A stretch of 64,000 nucleotides of DNA from Dehalococcoidia bacterium (GTDB lineage Bacteria; Chloroflexota; Dehalococcoidia; SHYB01): positions 975,254 through 1,039,253 of the forward strand of contig CBDFJU010000003.1 of NCBI GenBank assembly GCA_965248515.1, in the 5' to 3' direction. The notes under the pieces are model-generated. The model worked only from the letters and a program-made list of their open reading frames with translations. It had not been told where the DNA came from and did not search any database. The position numbers and the translations under genes are program-made. Below, piece after piece: positions 1-9,257 of this stretch. How positions within the stretch are numbered: position 1 is the first letter of the stretch; the number at the start of each line of letters is the position of its first letter.

Positions 1-317
1 AAGCCCCGCTCCCAGGCGTTCTCCACCCGCCCGGCAAAGGGGTCACCGGGTAGGAACTCGAACTCGACGTCGATGCCCTCGGCGCGCCGGTCAAGGCCCA
101 ATGTGCGGCCAATGGGAAGCCCGGCGGAGGGCGTGCGCCCCACATAGTCGTGGACCCACATCACCACCGGGTTCTTTAGATAGTTCTCGACCCGCATCCC
201 CATGGGCTCCACCACGTCGCCGTCGCGGGCCCGTTCGCCAGTCATGATGCGGACGCGATGCCGGCCTCCCGTCTTCCCTCGCGCCTCGATAGGAAACCAT
301 CCTCGATTGGCTGTCAT
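1..317 (-). CDS. Phage prohead serine protease (HK97/S78 family). 3' end lies beyond the window start.
   Basis: Own minus-strand translation from the ATG at 317-315: MTANRGWFPIEARGKTGGRHRVRIMTGERARDGDVVEPMGMRVENYLKNPVVMWVHDYVGRTPSAGLPIGRT... matches the prohead-protease N-terminal pattern (DGDVVEP, WxHD). The ATG overlaps the portal TGA (ATGA). Absent from the ORF track because it has no stop inside the window. Confidence 0.7.
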   Translation of the reverse strand, partial: MTANRGWFPIEARGKTGGRHRVRIMTGERARDGDVVEPMGMRVENYLKNPVVMWVHDYVGRTPSAGLPIGRTLGLDRRAEGIDVEFEFLPGDPFAGRVENAWERG

Positions 318-1610
318 ACGGCCACCTCTCCCCCTCCCCCTCGGCGCTCGAGGGGGGTTGCTTCGTCGTCTGGACTTTGCCGGGTGTCCCCGACGCGCGC
401 CGGGGCCCCGTGCCATTCGTCGCCCCAGCCCACGGGCCCGAGGCCCTCGCGCTCCCGAACCTCGTTGATGGTGAGGATGCCGGCCCCCACCAGCTGCTGA
501 TAGCGCCGGGCCCCTGGCGTCCTCGCGGAGGGCCGACACGTCACCGACGTCGAACCGGACCTGGAGGCCGTCGCCCAGGAGCGGGACCAGGCCCCGGCTC
601 AGCTCCGACTCGATAAGCTGCATCTCCGGGATGAGGGTCTCGTCCCAGAAGCTGGACTTGGCGAGCGTGAAGTTGGCGAAGCTGGAGAAGCGCAGGTCGC
701 CAATGAGGAGCGGCGAGACGCCGTAGGCGCCGCAGATCTCCTCCTTGGTGAACCGTTGCCCCTCGACGTACTCCATGTCGCGCTGAGAGACGGCCAGCGA
801 CTTCAGGTCGGCGCTCTTGTCGAGGATGGCGATGCTGTGCGCTCTGTTCGGGTCCTTGAACGCCACCTCCCAGCGCATGCGCAGTTCCTCGGCCTGAGCG
901 GTCGTCAGTTCTTGCTCGCTCTTGAGGTAGACCCGCCCGGGCGTGGCGTCGTTGCGAAAGAACCTTCGGTTAAACCGGATGGCGTCGGTGTTGGTGTCGA
1001 TGGACATGCGGAGTGCCGCTATCGGCGAGAGACCGGCGTACTCCTCGATGGGGTTGGGGTAGCGGAACCACAGCACGTCCTCAGGCCCGAAGGCCACGTC
1101 CACCCCATCTTTCGTGTAGAGATAACCCTTGATATAGGCGGAGGCGTCGGGTATCACCTTGAACCGGCTCGGCCTGAGCCACCAGAGCTCCCGGACGTTG
1201 CCCCGGCCATCGCGGAACAGGACGACGGGCGCTGACCCCCACAGGCTCAGGCTCGCCTCGACCATGTACCAGAACCGTTGCCGGCTCCAGAACGGGTTGA
1301 CCGAGTCTAGGAGTAGCTGCGCCGGGTGCGTGTCGGGAAGCGGCACGGTGGCGCCGCCTTCCGTCGAGCGGTAGAGGCGAAGCCGGACGCGCGAGAGGTT
1401 CCGCGCACGCAGATGAACGCAGGCGTAGACCGTCGGCGAGATCGCAAGATAGTCCCCATACGAAGAAGGCGACCAGTCGTCGCCCATGCCGAAACGCTGC
1501 TGGTAACTGTCGGAGAGGAGCGTCGCCACCGGGTTGGCCCGCGCCAGGCTTCGACGGCGAGGCGCTACCAGTCGGGACGCCGCTTTGCCCAGGGTCGTTA
1601 GAAAGCTCAA
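314..1610 (-). pseudogene. Phage portal protein (HK97 family) with an apparent +1 frameshift at a GGGG run near 495-505.
   Basis: An uninterrupted minus-strand frame from 1610 (TTG preceded by GAAGGAGA) down to ~500 translates to ...PDTHPAQLLLDSVNPFWSRQRFWYMVEASLSLWGSAPVVLFRDGRGNVRELWWLRPSRFKVIPD...YAGLSPIAALRMSIDTNTDAIRFNRRFFRNDATPGRVYLKSEQ...EICGAYGVSPLLIGDLRFSSFANFTLAKSSFWDETLIPEMQLIESELSRGL. The conserved portal C-terminus (RYQQLVGAGILTINEVREREGLGPVGWGDEW, stop at 314) is in the adjacent frame. Missed by the ORF track. Confidence 0.75.
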
Positions 1611-1625
1611 AATAGATCTCCTTCG

Positions 1626-1994
1626 CTAGAACACCCAAAGCCCGCGGCCCCGGTCGCGGCGAGTCTGGGCCTCGAGGGCCAGCGCCAGCGCGTCGGCCCG
1701 GTCCGGGCTCGGCGCCGTCTGGTCCCTGCCCCGTTTGTAGACGCGGATCGCCCGGTCGAGAACGACTTCGAAATCGGCTGTGGTCAACTGGTCCCTGACC
1801 TGGTCCAATCCTGGACGTTCAAGCGTTGCCCCCGATACACCGTCGTCCAGGTACTCGCCAACAACTTCGTAGCCTTTGTCCCAGGCGTAGCTCCGTAGCG
1901 CCTCCAACTGGCTCTGGATCGTTTGTTCCTGTTCCTGCCGGTCCGAGCTCACCCGCGCATAAATCGCCGTCCTCACCGTCGCTACTTGAACCAT
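1626..1994 (-). CDS. Serine recombinase (resolvase/invertase) N-terminal catalytic-domain fragment, truncated.
   Basis: AIYARVSSDRQ...SLEAQ...YEVVGEYLDDGVSG motif block. It ends after the DR..R region and has no E-helix or DNA-binding domain. Its TAG stop is in the same frame as, and immediately followed by, the portal ORF. Confidence 0.6.
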   Translation of the reverse strand: MVQVATVRTAIYARVSSDRQEQEQTIQSQLEALRSYAWDKGYEVVGEYLDDGVSGATLERPGLDQVRDQLTTADFEVVLDRAIRVYKRGRDQTAPSPDRADALALALEAQTRRDRGRGLWVF

Positions 1995-2009
1995 ACGAGC
2001 CTCCCTCCC

Positions 2010-2225
2010 CTAGCTGTCCTTGTTCTTCGTCCTCGGCCGACCCCGCTTCGGCACGTAGGTCTCCGCTAACTTCTCCACTGCCTTCCTGCGGATGAGCCAG
2101 CGGTTCGCGAACTTCTCACCCGGCAACTGGCCCCGACGGATAAGCCGCTGGATCGCGAGTGGGTGCATGCCGAGCGCCTGCGCGGCTTCTGGGCCACTCA
2201 TGTAGGACTTTTCAATGGTTTGCAT
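2010..2225 (-). CDS. Excisionase/AlpA-like HTH DNA-binding protein.
   Basis: MQTIEKSYMSGPEAAQALGMHPLAIQRLIRRGQLPGEKFANRWLIRRKAVEKL resembles a phage excisionase-family helix-turn-helix. Lies upstream of the recombinase fragment on the same strand. Confidence 0.5.
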   Translation of the reverse strand: MQTIEKSYMSGPEAAQALGMHPLAIQRLIRRGQLPGEKFANRWLIRRKAVEKLAETYVPKRGRPRTKNKDS

Positions 2226-2538
2226 CAGGCCTAAACTTATTACAAGTAATATGGCTTTTATGACGGCAATTATGCGCCCACAATGCGCAGATGTAAAGCC
2301 CGCGTGTGGGCATGAGCAAGTGCGCTCTCGTGGGCGGGAAGCAATTGCGCAGGCGGACGCGATTAACCGGCGTGCTCGCGCGAATTGCAAGGCGCGGGGG
2401 CGCGAGAATAAAAAGCGTTAATGCATGGGCCCCCATACTTTGCCAAGCCGCATTGAGGGCGTGGGCTACGCGAGTACGTGGGCGAGGGTGGGCATAAGGC
2501 GAATGCGAGAGAGAGGGCGCGAACAGAGGAGGTGCTAG

Positions 2539-2811
2539 ATGAGACAGACCTGTGAAGGGTGCGGCAGGGAGTTCAGGGGCGAGGGTGGCTTAACTTGGCA
2601 CCGGGATCGGGCACATAGCCAGGAGCGGGCAGAACCGAGCGCGGTGGAGCATACACACCACCCATGGACCGAGGCTTGCGTCATCGAGGGGTGTGAACAC
2701 GAGGCCGAGTCCTTCTATGTCGGTGAGCCGTCGATGGTCACCCAGTGCGATGGAGGGCATATCGCTGTCGAGCCGGTTCGACTGAGACGGAGTAGGACAG
2801 GAGAGCTGTGA
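2539..2811 (+). CDS. Small C2H2-type zinc-finger-like protein.
   Basis: CEGCGREFRGEGGLTWHRDRAH fits C-x2-C-x12-H-x4-H. A second Cys/His cluster follows (CVIEGCEHE...CDGGH). Its 3' third is duplicated downstream of the SDR gene. Confidence 0.45.
   Translation: MRQTCEGCGREFRGEGGLTWHRDRAHSQERAEPSAVEHTHHPWTEACVIEGCEHEAESFYVGEPSMVTQCDGGHIAVEPVRLRRSRTGEL
2691..2795 (+). repeat. Imperfect direct repeat, copy 1 (~100 bp), covering the zinc-finger gene 3' end.
   Basis: tgtgaacacgaggccgag...gagccggttcgactgagacgg vs copy 2 at 3642-3746, ~75% identity. Encodes CEHEAESFYVGEPSMVTQCDGGHIAVEPVRLR vs CEHEVDAIYVDEPSVVMRCQVGHVAVEPVRLR. Confidence 0.55.
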
Positions 2812-2863
2812 TACCGTAGCCCGCACAGGGACGAGCTCGAGGCCGTAACCGGGAGGACTGCAC

Positions 2864-3640
2864 GTGAGACTCAAAGACAGGGTCGCGGTTATCACCGGAG
2901 GAGGCTCCGGGCTGGGCCGGGCGACAGCCCTCGCCTTCACCCGCGAAGGGGCCCGCTGCGTGCTCGTTGGGCAGAACGAGGAGAGATTGGCCGAGAGTGT
3001 GCGGTTGATCGAGGAGGCGGGCGGGCAGGGCCTTGCGGCGCCCTGCAACATCGCCGAACCGGAGCGCGTTCAGGCCATGATCGAACTCACCGTCGCTACC
3101 TTTGGGCGGCTCGACATCCTGGTGAACAATGCCGCCATGAACCGGCCCGACGATATGCCATCCGAGCGCGTCGCAGAGATGACCGAAGAGTGGTGGTCGG
3201 CGACCCTCGGCGTCAATCTCAGCGGCTGCTTTTATTGCTCCAAGTACGCCCTGCAACAGATGGCCACCACCCAGAGCGGCGTCATCATCAATGTCGTCTC
3301 GACGGTGGGGCTGATCGCGAACCCGGGCGTAGCGGCATACGTGGCCTCCAAGCACGGCGTCGTCGGCCTGACGAAGGCTATGGCCGTCGACTACGGCCCC
3401 CACGGCATTCGGGTCAATGCCATCTGCCCCGGTGCTTTCGAGTCGGAGCGGATGGAGCGCTACATGAACTTGTACGGCGATGCTAATTGGCGCCAGACAT
3501 TCGGACAGGCAAGACCGCTGCGGCGCATTGGTAGCCCCGCTGAGGTGGCCAACGTGGCCATCTTCCTCGCATCGGACGAGGCGTCGTACGTTACCGGGGC
3601 CATCATCCCCGTGGACGGCGGCAGCATGGCAGGCGGTTAG
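2864..3640 (+). CDS. SDR-family NAD(P)-dependent oxidoreductase.
   Basis: TGGGSGLG Rossmann motif, NNAA, YxxxK (YVASKHG). GTG start with a GGGAGGA RBS. Confidence 0.85.
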   Translation: MRLKDRVAVITGGGSGLGRATALAFTREGARCVLVGQNEERLAESVRLIEEAGGQGLAAPCNIAEPERVQAMIELTVATFGRLDILVNNAAMNRPDDMPSERVAEMTEEWWSATLGVNLSGCFYCSKYALQQMATTQSGVIINVVSTVGLIANPGVAAYVASKHGVVGLTKAMAVDYGPHGIRVNAICPGAFESERMERYMNLYGDANWRQTFGQARPLRRIGSPAEVANVAIFLASDEASYVTGAIIPVDGGSMAGG

Positions 3641-3641
3641 G

Positions 3642-3746
3642 CTGTGAACACGAGGTCGACGCCATATACGTTGATGAGCCGTCGGTGGTCATGCGGTGCC
3701 AGGTAGGGCATGTGGCTGTTGAGCCAGTGCGACTACGTGGACACCG
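3642..3746 (+). repeat. Imperfect direct repeat, copy 2, immediately after the SDR stop.
   Basis: See copy 1. The two copies flank the SDR gene. Confidence 0.55.
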
Positions 3747-3799
3747 TCTTGACCAGGACCCCTTTGCTGCATTGGACCACAATTCATTCGGAGGGAGTT

Positions 3800-4132
3800 A
3801 TGGCAGTAATCAAGATAGCGCACCATCCCGATCTAATGCCAGAGCGCGCAATGCAGGTCTTCGACGGACACTTCAGTAGGAAGTACGAGGTGTACAAAAC
3901 AGCGTTCCCGGGAAGAGACTTTGTTGTGAAGAAAAGCGGCTGGACGGGGGTGGGAGTAAAGCTGGAACAGGACAAAGATGGCACCTCCTTTGTCTTTTCA
4001 CCCCTTATGCCAAATGTCATATTCAACATGCTTTTCGGCAACCTGATTGCAATCTTGTTGCTGCGCTCAAGTTGGAAAGCGCTGGAAAAAGAGGTGCGTG
4101 TATTCATAGAGAACGCGGCCGACTTCAGGTAG
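3800..4132 (+). CDS. Hypothetical small protein with a C-terminal hydrophobic helix, in the low-GC island.
   Basis: ATG preceded by GGAGGGAG. MAVIKIAHHPDLMPERAMQVFDGHF...NVIFNMLFGNLIAILLL. GC drops to ~50% here. Confidence 0.45.
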   Translation: MAVIKIAHHPDLMPERAMQVFDGHFSRKYEVYKTAFPGRDFVVKKSGWTGVGVKLEQDKDGTSFVFSPLMPNVIFNMLFGNLIAILLLRSSWKALEKEVRVFIENAADFR

Positions 4133-4649
4133 AGTACTTGGCCAGCCGGTATACACCTCAACCTCAACGAGTACTGCATGTCGAATTGAATCCGCGGCAT
4201 GGTCTCGATGAATAACTAGTTCACCGGTCATGGTTCTGCGATGACGCATCGAACCGCAGCAACCTGGGCCGGATTGCCGCCCATGGACCACTCGAAGGGG
4301 GAATTCTGGACTCCACCCCGTCTCTCACTCCGAGAGGCCAGAGTGCTCCTCCTCGTTCCAAAAGGCACCTTTATGAACGGGTTGGGAAGTCGCCTCGAAC
4401 TACCACTTTGAGCGACGTCCGTCCTCTGTCCAAGTTGGCGATGCAGCGTACCCCATTTAGAACGGGTTGCATGCCGCCTCTGGTAGACACAGAAGGGGCC
4501 CCGAGCCTGAACGTGCGTGCTACCCCGTTTGAGACGGAGCAGGGCTTCGCGGGGGTGATGCTTGCCTCCCATAATCGCACCGGCGAGTGCCTGTTTGAGT
4601 TCGGTTCGGCAGGCGACGGCGAAGGGTCTACTCTAGAGCAGGTCCGACT

Positions 4650-5282
4650 TTATGGGCAGGCGGGGTCCTTACAGGGCTCTCTCCGGAATGCCACTGCCTT
4701 ACCGGAGAAATTGCTGGACTCAGCGGCTTCGAAGGTCGGGAAACTCTCCATAATGAGCTCTTCGTCGAACCTACTGTCCGTGTTTGGTTGCACTTGGTAT
4801 TTCAAATAGACGGTTGTGGGAGTACTCCGGATACCCAACCCTTCCTCAATACGTGCTACCCCAGCAGTGTCACTTCCAGAGAGAATGAAGAACTTACTCC
4901 TTCCGTTAGGTTGGCCTTCGTAAAGCGGCTTACCCACAACCTCTTTGTCGGCCGCTTCAACAAACAGACCTGACATTGTGGGGAACTCTTGCAGCGTCTT
5001 CCAGTATGTCTCCTGGTGTAGATCCTCCTTCTTCACTAGATTCACCGCCCACCAATAAGTGTCGCGATAATCCCAAGCGTTTCCGAGGTCATCCTTAAAC
5101 CAGACGCCCCATATTGTATCTTGGTGATTGATACTCCCCCGGCTGTCTTCTATGTCCGAATAGGGAGTGGTTCCTTCCTCTACCAAGGAGTCATAATAAG
5201 GCTGGTAGGCCTCCAAGATAGATTCCCGTAGCTCATCAGTGAAATAATCGAGGGGATTGGCGCTGAGAGAATACGTAATCAA
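4650..5282 (-). CDS. Hypothetical protein (low-GC island). Its 5' end abuts the IS3 insertion and the N-terminus is probably lost or displaced.
   Basis: Long open frame with no ATG at its 5' end (first codon TGG in my reading). The frame opens immediately after the IS3 right-end TGA. Confidence 0.4.
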   Translation of the reverse strand: MITYSLSANPLDYFTDELRESILEAYQPYYDSLVEEGTTPYSDIEDSRGSINHQDTIWGVWFKDDLGNAWDYRDTYWWAVNLVKKEDLHQETYWKTLQEFPTMSGLFVEAADKEVVGKPLYEGQPNGRSKFFILSGSDTAGVARIEEGLGIRSTPTTVYLKYQVQPNTDSRFDEELIMESFPTFEAAESSNFSGKAVAFRREPCKDPACP

Positions 5283-5301
5283 TCTCAGGTGGACCCCATC
5301 A

Positions 5302-6237
5302 TCAGGACAGCGGTGAGGCTAAAATAAGAGAGTCTACCGCTGGGGTGTCTCGTAAACCTTCATCCGATGGTAAGGCTTGTGGATGTTCCAGTAAACACCT
5401 TTGTGGGCTCACTGCATGGAACACCTGACCCGGTGACCGATAGCCCAGGGCTTGATGGGGCCGCTCTTGGTTGTAGAAGGCCAGATAAGCCCCAATCCCC
5501 TTTCTGGCCTCAGTCCCATTTTGGTATGCCTTCAGGTACACCTCCTCGTACTTGATGCTGCGCCACAGCCGTTCCACGAAGACGTTGTCCATGCACCGGC
5601 CCCTGCCGTCCATACTCACTTGAACGCCTTGCGCCAGCAGCATGCTGGTGAAGGCCTCGCTGGTGAACTGGCTGCCCTGGTCGGTGTTGAAGATCTGTGG
5701 CCGACCCTTGCTCAAGGCCTCTTCCAGAGCCGCAACACAGAAGTCTACCTCCAGGGTGTTGGGCAGCCGCCAGGCCAGCACGTAGCGGCTGTGCCAGTCC
5801 ATGATGGCCACCAAGTAGAGGAAACCCCGAGCCATGGGTATGTAGGTGATGTCGGTGGCCCACACCTGGTTGACCCGGTTGATCTCCAGCCCCCTGAGCA
5901 AGTACGGATAGACCTTATGCCCTGGGTTTGGCTTGCTGGTGTTGGGACGCCGGTAGATGGCCTCCAGGCCTATCAGCTGCATCAGCCGGCGGACCCGCTT
6001 GCGGTTGACCTGGTGTCCGTGATTTCTGAGCCAGGCAGTCATCCTTCTGGAGCCGTAGAAAGGTGTCTTCAGGTACTGTTGGTCTATGAGGGCCATCAAC
6101 TCCAAGTCCTCGGCGCCGGCCTCGGTTGGCAGGTAGTACAACGAGGAGCGGCTGATACCCAGCAAGGCGCACTGGCGCACCAGAGACAGCTTCGGTTCTT
6201 CTCGGGCAATCATGGCCCGGCGTTGGGACCGGCTCAC
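5302..6237 (-). CDS. IS3-family transposase OrfB (DDE integrase core).
   Basis: ...[33 protein letters not shown]...[11 protein letters not shown]...[14 protein letters not shown]... is a classic IS3/IS150 DDE domain. Confidence 0.85.
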   Translation of the reverse strand: MSRSQRRAMIAREEPKLSLVRQCALLGISRSSLYYLPTEAGAEDLELMALIDQQYLKTPFYGSRRMTAWLRNHGHQVNRKRVRRLMQLIGLEAIYRRPNTSKPNPGHKVYPYLLRGLEINRVNQVWATDITYIPMARGFLYLVAIMDWHSRYVLAWRLPNTLEVDFCVAALEEALSKGRPQIFNTDQGSQFTSEAFTSMLLAQGVQVSMDGRGRCMDNVFVERLWRSIKYEEVYLKAYQNGTEARKGIGAYLAFYNQERPHQALGYRSPGQVFHAVSPQRCLLEHPQALPSDEGLRDTPAVDSLILASPLS

Positions 6238-6518
6238 AACCCGAAGCTCCGTGACAAAAAATCCCGTTCCACCTTGAGCTGCCCAATCTGTTGGTAGAGC
6301 TGGGCAGTGAGGACCTCTTGGTCCTTCTCCTGGCGTCCAGCACCATTTTCAAAGAGGTGCGGCGCCCCCTGAGTCAAGGCCTTCTTCCAGGCATGGATCT
6401 GGCTCGGGTGGACTTCAAACCGGCTGGCCAGCTCTGCAATGGTGTGCTCCCCCTGGAGCGCGGCCAAAGCCACTTTGGCCTTGAAGACTGGGCTGTGCTT
6501 CTTACGTGTTTGCTTCAT
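6234..6518 (-). CDS. IS3-family transposase OrfA (HTH). Expected to fuse to OrfB by a programmed -1 frameshift.
   Basis: [48 protein letters not shown]...LKVERDFL. Overlaps orfB by 4 nt. Confidence 0.8.
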   Translation of the reverse strand: MKQTRKKHSPVFKAKVALAALQGEHTIAELASRFEVHPSQIHAWKKALTQGAPHLFENGAGRQEKDQEVLTAQLYQQIGQLKVERDFLSRSFGL

Positions 6519-6597
6519 GTCCTGCTCCTTCTTTCCGTCCTATTTTAGGAGCGGGACTCTCTCTTAGCCACCTGTCCGAATTTTGGGGTCCACCTCA

Positions 6598-7504
6598 ATC
6601 CTCTATCAATATTTCGATCACTCACGCCGAAGTCTAAGGAATAATAAGAAGACGGTGGCGGCCAATATATGTAGCCAATGTGAGTCCCCGCGTCGAATAC
6701 GGCGTAGCCCTTTGGAGAGTCTTGTACTGCCGCTCTGATTTCATCCCGTAGCGCCAGATGGGCATAGAAGACGTAGATATCAGGGGAAACGTCGAAACTA
6801 ACCCCCACGTCTATTATCACTTTCTCACCATTGACGAATCCCTCTCTGCCCTCTCCACTCGCATCAAGTCTTAATGCTCTTGTATCCAATATTCCTTTGG
6901 CCGGTAGGTACACTTCAACCACGTCGCCGGGACAAGCATAGATGTACCACTTCTTCGGGCCTTCGATCTTGTAGAGGTATTGGAAAAATGGCGTGAGCCT
7001 CTGCCCTCTGCAGGTATTGGCCCCGTCGAGAACGGCATTGAAATCAACTGGCATCTGGGTGAAGCCACTGAACTCTAGTGTGGAGACAGGATCTGACGGA
7101 GGCGTAGGCGTGGGAGTGGCTGAGGGTGTGGGCACTCGTACGGGCGTGGCTGACGGTGCGGCGGTAGGGAGAGGGATCGGCGTAGGTGCGGGCGACGAAG
7201 TCGCAATCGCAGTTGTTGGCGGCCTCGTAATGAACGTGGGCGAGGGACTTGGTTGCCGAGGCGAGTGCGTGGCCAGCGTCGACGGGGCGTTCGTGGCAGG
7301 AACCGCCTCAGCTTGCGCTGTAGCCGGGAGGGATCGCAACCGGGGTGACGTGTCAGTCACGCCCGGGGTTGGCTCAGCCGTTGCCTGAGGTACCGGCGAG
7401 CTCGCTGCCCTCGGCGCCACCGCACCCCCGTCGGACTCGCCGCTGCACGCGTAGACCGCCAGGCCTGCGAGGAAAACGACGATCAATCCCCACCCGCGTC
7501 GCAT
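6598..7504 (-). CDS. Secreted (possibly lipo-) protein with a long Pro/Thr/Ser/Ala linker and a C-terminal globular domain. Its 3' end is interrupted by the IS3 element.
   Basis: Signal peptide MRRGWGLIVVFLAGLAVYAC, ~150 aa PT-rich linker, then a domain. The listed ORF (6545-7504) runs 53 nt into the IS. Low GC. Confidence 0.5.
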
Positions 7505-7556
7505 AGACCCATATTGACGGATTCACCCGGCCCTTGACGAGGGGGGTATCCCCCAA

Positions 7557-7802
7557 GTGCCGGAGGCAGTGCTCGCGGGGACTTTTAGGCATTGGGGGCT
7601 GACCCGCTGGCTCGCCATCCGTCGGACGGGAGATTGGTGGCATTACGAGCCAGACATAATTCACGAAATCGCTCAATTTGGTAGAGATTTCACAGCCGGT
7701 CTCGATCCTGAGGTACAGGCAAGATTCGCCTACCGTAACGCAGTTGAGATGCTGGGCCTTTCGCTTGACCGAGACGAAAAGGGGAGCCCCGCCGGTGGTT
7801 GA
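7557..7802 (+). CDS. Possible amidohydrolase-2 C-terminal fragment or small ORF.
   Basis: The ending ...ARFAYRNAVEMLGL resembles amidohydrolase-2 C-termini (compare 48062-49192, ...NVRAVYRMEG). Short, no clear RBS. Confidence 0.25.
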   Translation: MPEAVLAGTFRHWGLTRWLAIRRTGDWWHYEPDIIHEIAQFGRDFTAGLDPEVQARFAYRNAVEMLGLSLDRDEKGSPAGG

Positions 7803-7935
7803 CGAGGCCCCCCTTTTGGTGCCGCACTGTTAGGCAACTACTTTTTCTTGCCAGCGTTATCCGCGGCCTTGCTCTTGTCGTTGTACGCCTTCTGCAGACC
7901 TGGTGCACTGTCAATGCCCTTGCCAGGGACGCCGG
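7775..7935 (-). repeat. ~160 bp direct repeat, copy 1: shared 3' coding tail plus 3'UTR of secreted-protein gene A.
   Basis: Near-identical to 9258-9425: ggagccccgccggtggttgacgaggcccccc.tttggtgccgcactgttaggcaactactttttcttgccagcgttatccgc.gccttgctcttgtcgttgtacgccttctgcagacc... Confidence 0.7.
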
Positions 7936-8855
7936 TATTTTTCAGGCCATCGGCCTTGCTGCAATTAATCCCGCCGGAGGGACCCGCCCCACCGCCGTAC
8001 CACACGACGCCATCCAAATCTGGTCCAACATTTGCGACGACGCCGTTTGAGCCGTCGGGGCTTGAACCAGAGGATCTCTCCGTTGTTCAAAGCTACATAG
8101 AAGAAGCCAGAGGAGTCGGCGGTCATACCTTCGGGGAAGACTGTTGCGAACAGGACTGACTTTGTACCAAATTCGTCGATCTTGGTTACCTGACTGGCAG
8201 GGAGGTGCTCACTTACGTAGGTGTTTCCATCTTGGTCTATCTGAATCCCTACCGGTTGGTCTAGCTCTGCCGCGAGCGTGCTCACACCGCCGGTGGAGTT
8301 CCGCACAACGACCTCTCCCGGAAGCCAGTCCGCCACATGCAGGTCCCCTGTGAGCGGATTGGTAGCAAGCCCAAGCGGAGTTTCGACCTCGGCTGAAGCG
8401 CTGCTCAATAGCTTGCTGAACGGGCCGGTACCCCCTCCAGACGGAATCTGCCAGACGTTACCCGTTCTAGTGAAGGTCGTCTCAGCCGCTAGCAGGTCAC
8501 CGCCGCAATCGAATAGTAGGGCAGTCTGACCCCCGGAATTGACGGGCAAGCCAGTGGCGTAAGCGCTCGCCGTTGCATCTGCTTGGTATCGAACGATTTT
8601 CCCCTCGGGCGCCGATGCGTAGTAAAGCTCTCCCCCGAAGAATGCCAATCCTGGGGAGAGGCCCCCCAACGTAGGGGCAAAAAGGGACACTCCCGTACTT
8701 AGCGGCGTACCGTCGACATCCCTTGACAGAGTGACTTCATATATGCCTCCGCTCTGTGCTGAGGCATAAAGGGTGTCCGCCGGAAAACCAGACTGAGCTG
8801 TGCCTGTACCTGCAGCTAGGACCAGCCAAAGAACAGTAACCGAAACAGCGGCCAC
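7840..8855 (-). pseudogene. Secreted NHL-repeat/beta-propeller-like protein (gene A), frameshifted at a CCCC run near 7990.
   Basis: Signal peptide MAAVSVTVLWLVLAAGTGTAQS and an NHL-like DQPVGIQIDQDGNTYVSE. The last ~50 codons (…DGSNGVVANVGPDLDGVVWYGGGAGPSGGINCSKADGLKNTGVPGKGIDSAPGLQKAYNDKSKAADNAGKKK) are in the +1 frame relative to the listed ORF. Confidence 0.6.
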
Positions 8856-9002
8856 TACACTAAGCCGTAGGGCGGTTCCCCGCCTTGCGATGGCCGTTTC
8901 TGACGTTGTGACGCCTCCATCATGTACCCTCCGAGCCTCAGCTGTAGCAAAATCTCCGACGCCTCATGTAGGCGCGAAGAATAACAGCAAAGCCATCGGA
9001 TC

Positions 9003-9255
9003 ACATCACCCGAACGGGTGAGTTTTGAGACCAGGTTCACCTCGGCATGGAAGACGCTATCTGGTGGGGCCCACCCACGCTCAACCTCCTCGCGCCGGTC
9101 CCCAGGTCCGCCGGTACTCGCCTTCGCCGCGCCGCCCTAGACCTTGGGCCCTCGCCGCCTCGGCGCGGGAGCGCTGGCAGCTGTTGAAGGACCGGCGGCG
9201 ATCACTAGACCTGGGGGCGATCTGGGCGGTAGAGGCTCTGCACCTTTGACAGACA
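9003..9255. repeat. Conserved non-coding element R1 (~250 bp). One of three related copies.
   Basis: Shares blocks with R2 and R3: atcacccgaaNgggtgag hairpin (GNRA-like loop), cctcgcgccg.tcccca, gccttcg.cgcgccgccct, gctggcag.tgttgaaggaccggcggcg..ca.tggacctg. Confidence 0.6.
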
Positions 9256-9257
9256 CA

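Larger units (their letters stand above)
5286..6597 (-). mobile_element. IS3-family insertion sequence (~1312 bp) with terminal inverted repeats and a 3 bp ATC target-site duplication.
   Basis: Ends TCAGGTGGACCCCA... and ...TGGGGTCCACCTCA, which are near-identical in reverse complement. Flanked by atc|IS|atc. Contains orfA and orfB with a TTTTTTG slippery site. Confidence 0.8.

Noticed and set aside
756-1235. Plus-strand 159 aa ORF and minus-strand 185 aa ORF (1081-1638) in the first 1.6 kb.
   Set aside because: Both are alternative-frame or antisense readings of the portal gene. The conserved portal sequence is in a different minus-strand frame.
2738-3403. 221 aa minus-strand ORF.
   Set aside because: Antisense to the well-supported SDR gene. 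Arg/Gly/Ala-rich composition typical of GC-rich shadow ORFs.
4133-4650. ~500 bp with no convincing gene in the low-GC island. Considered a small RNA such as tmRNA or RNase P RNA.
   Set aside because: No tRNA-like 3' end (GGTTCGAATCC/CCA) or other ncRNA hallmarks. The listed ORFs there (4228-4572, 4408-4809) are Arg-rich or overlap the neighbouring gene.
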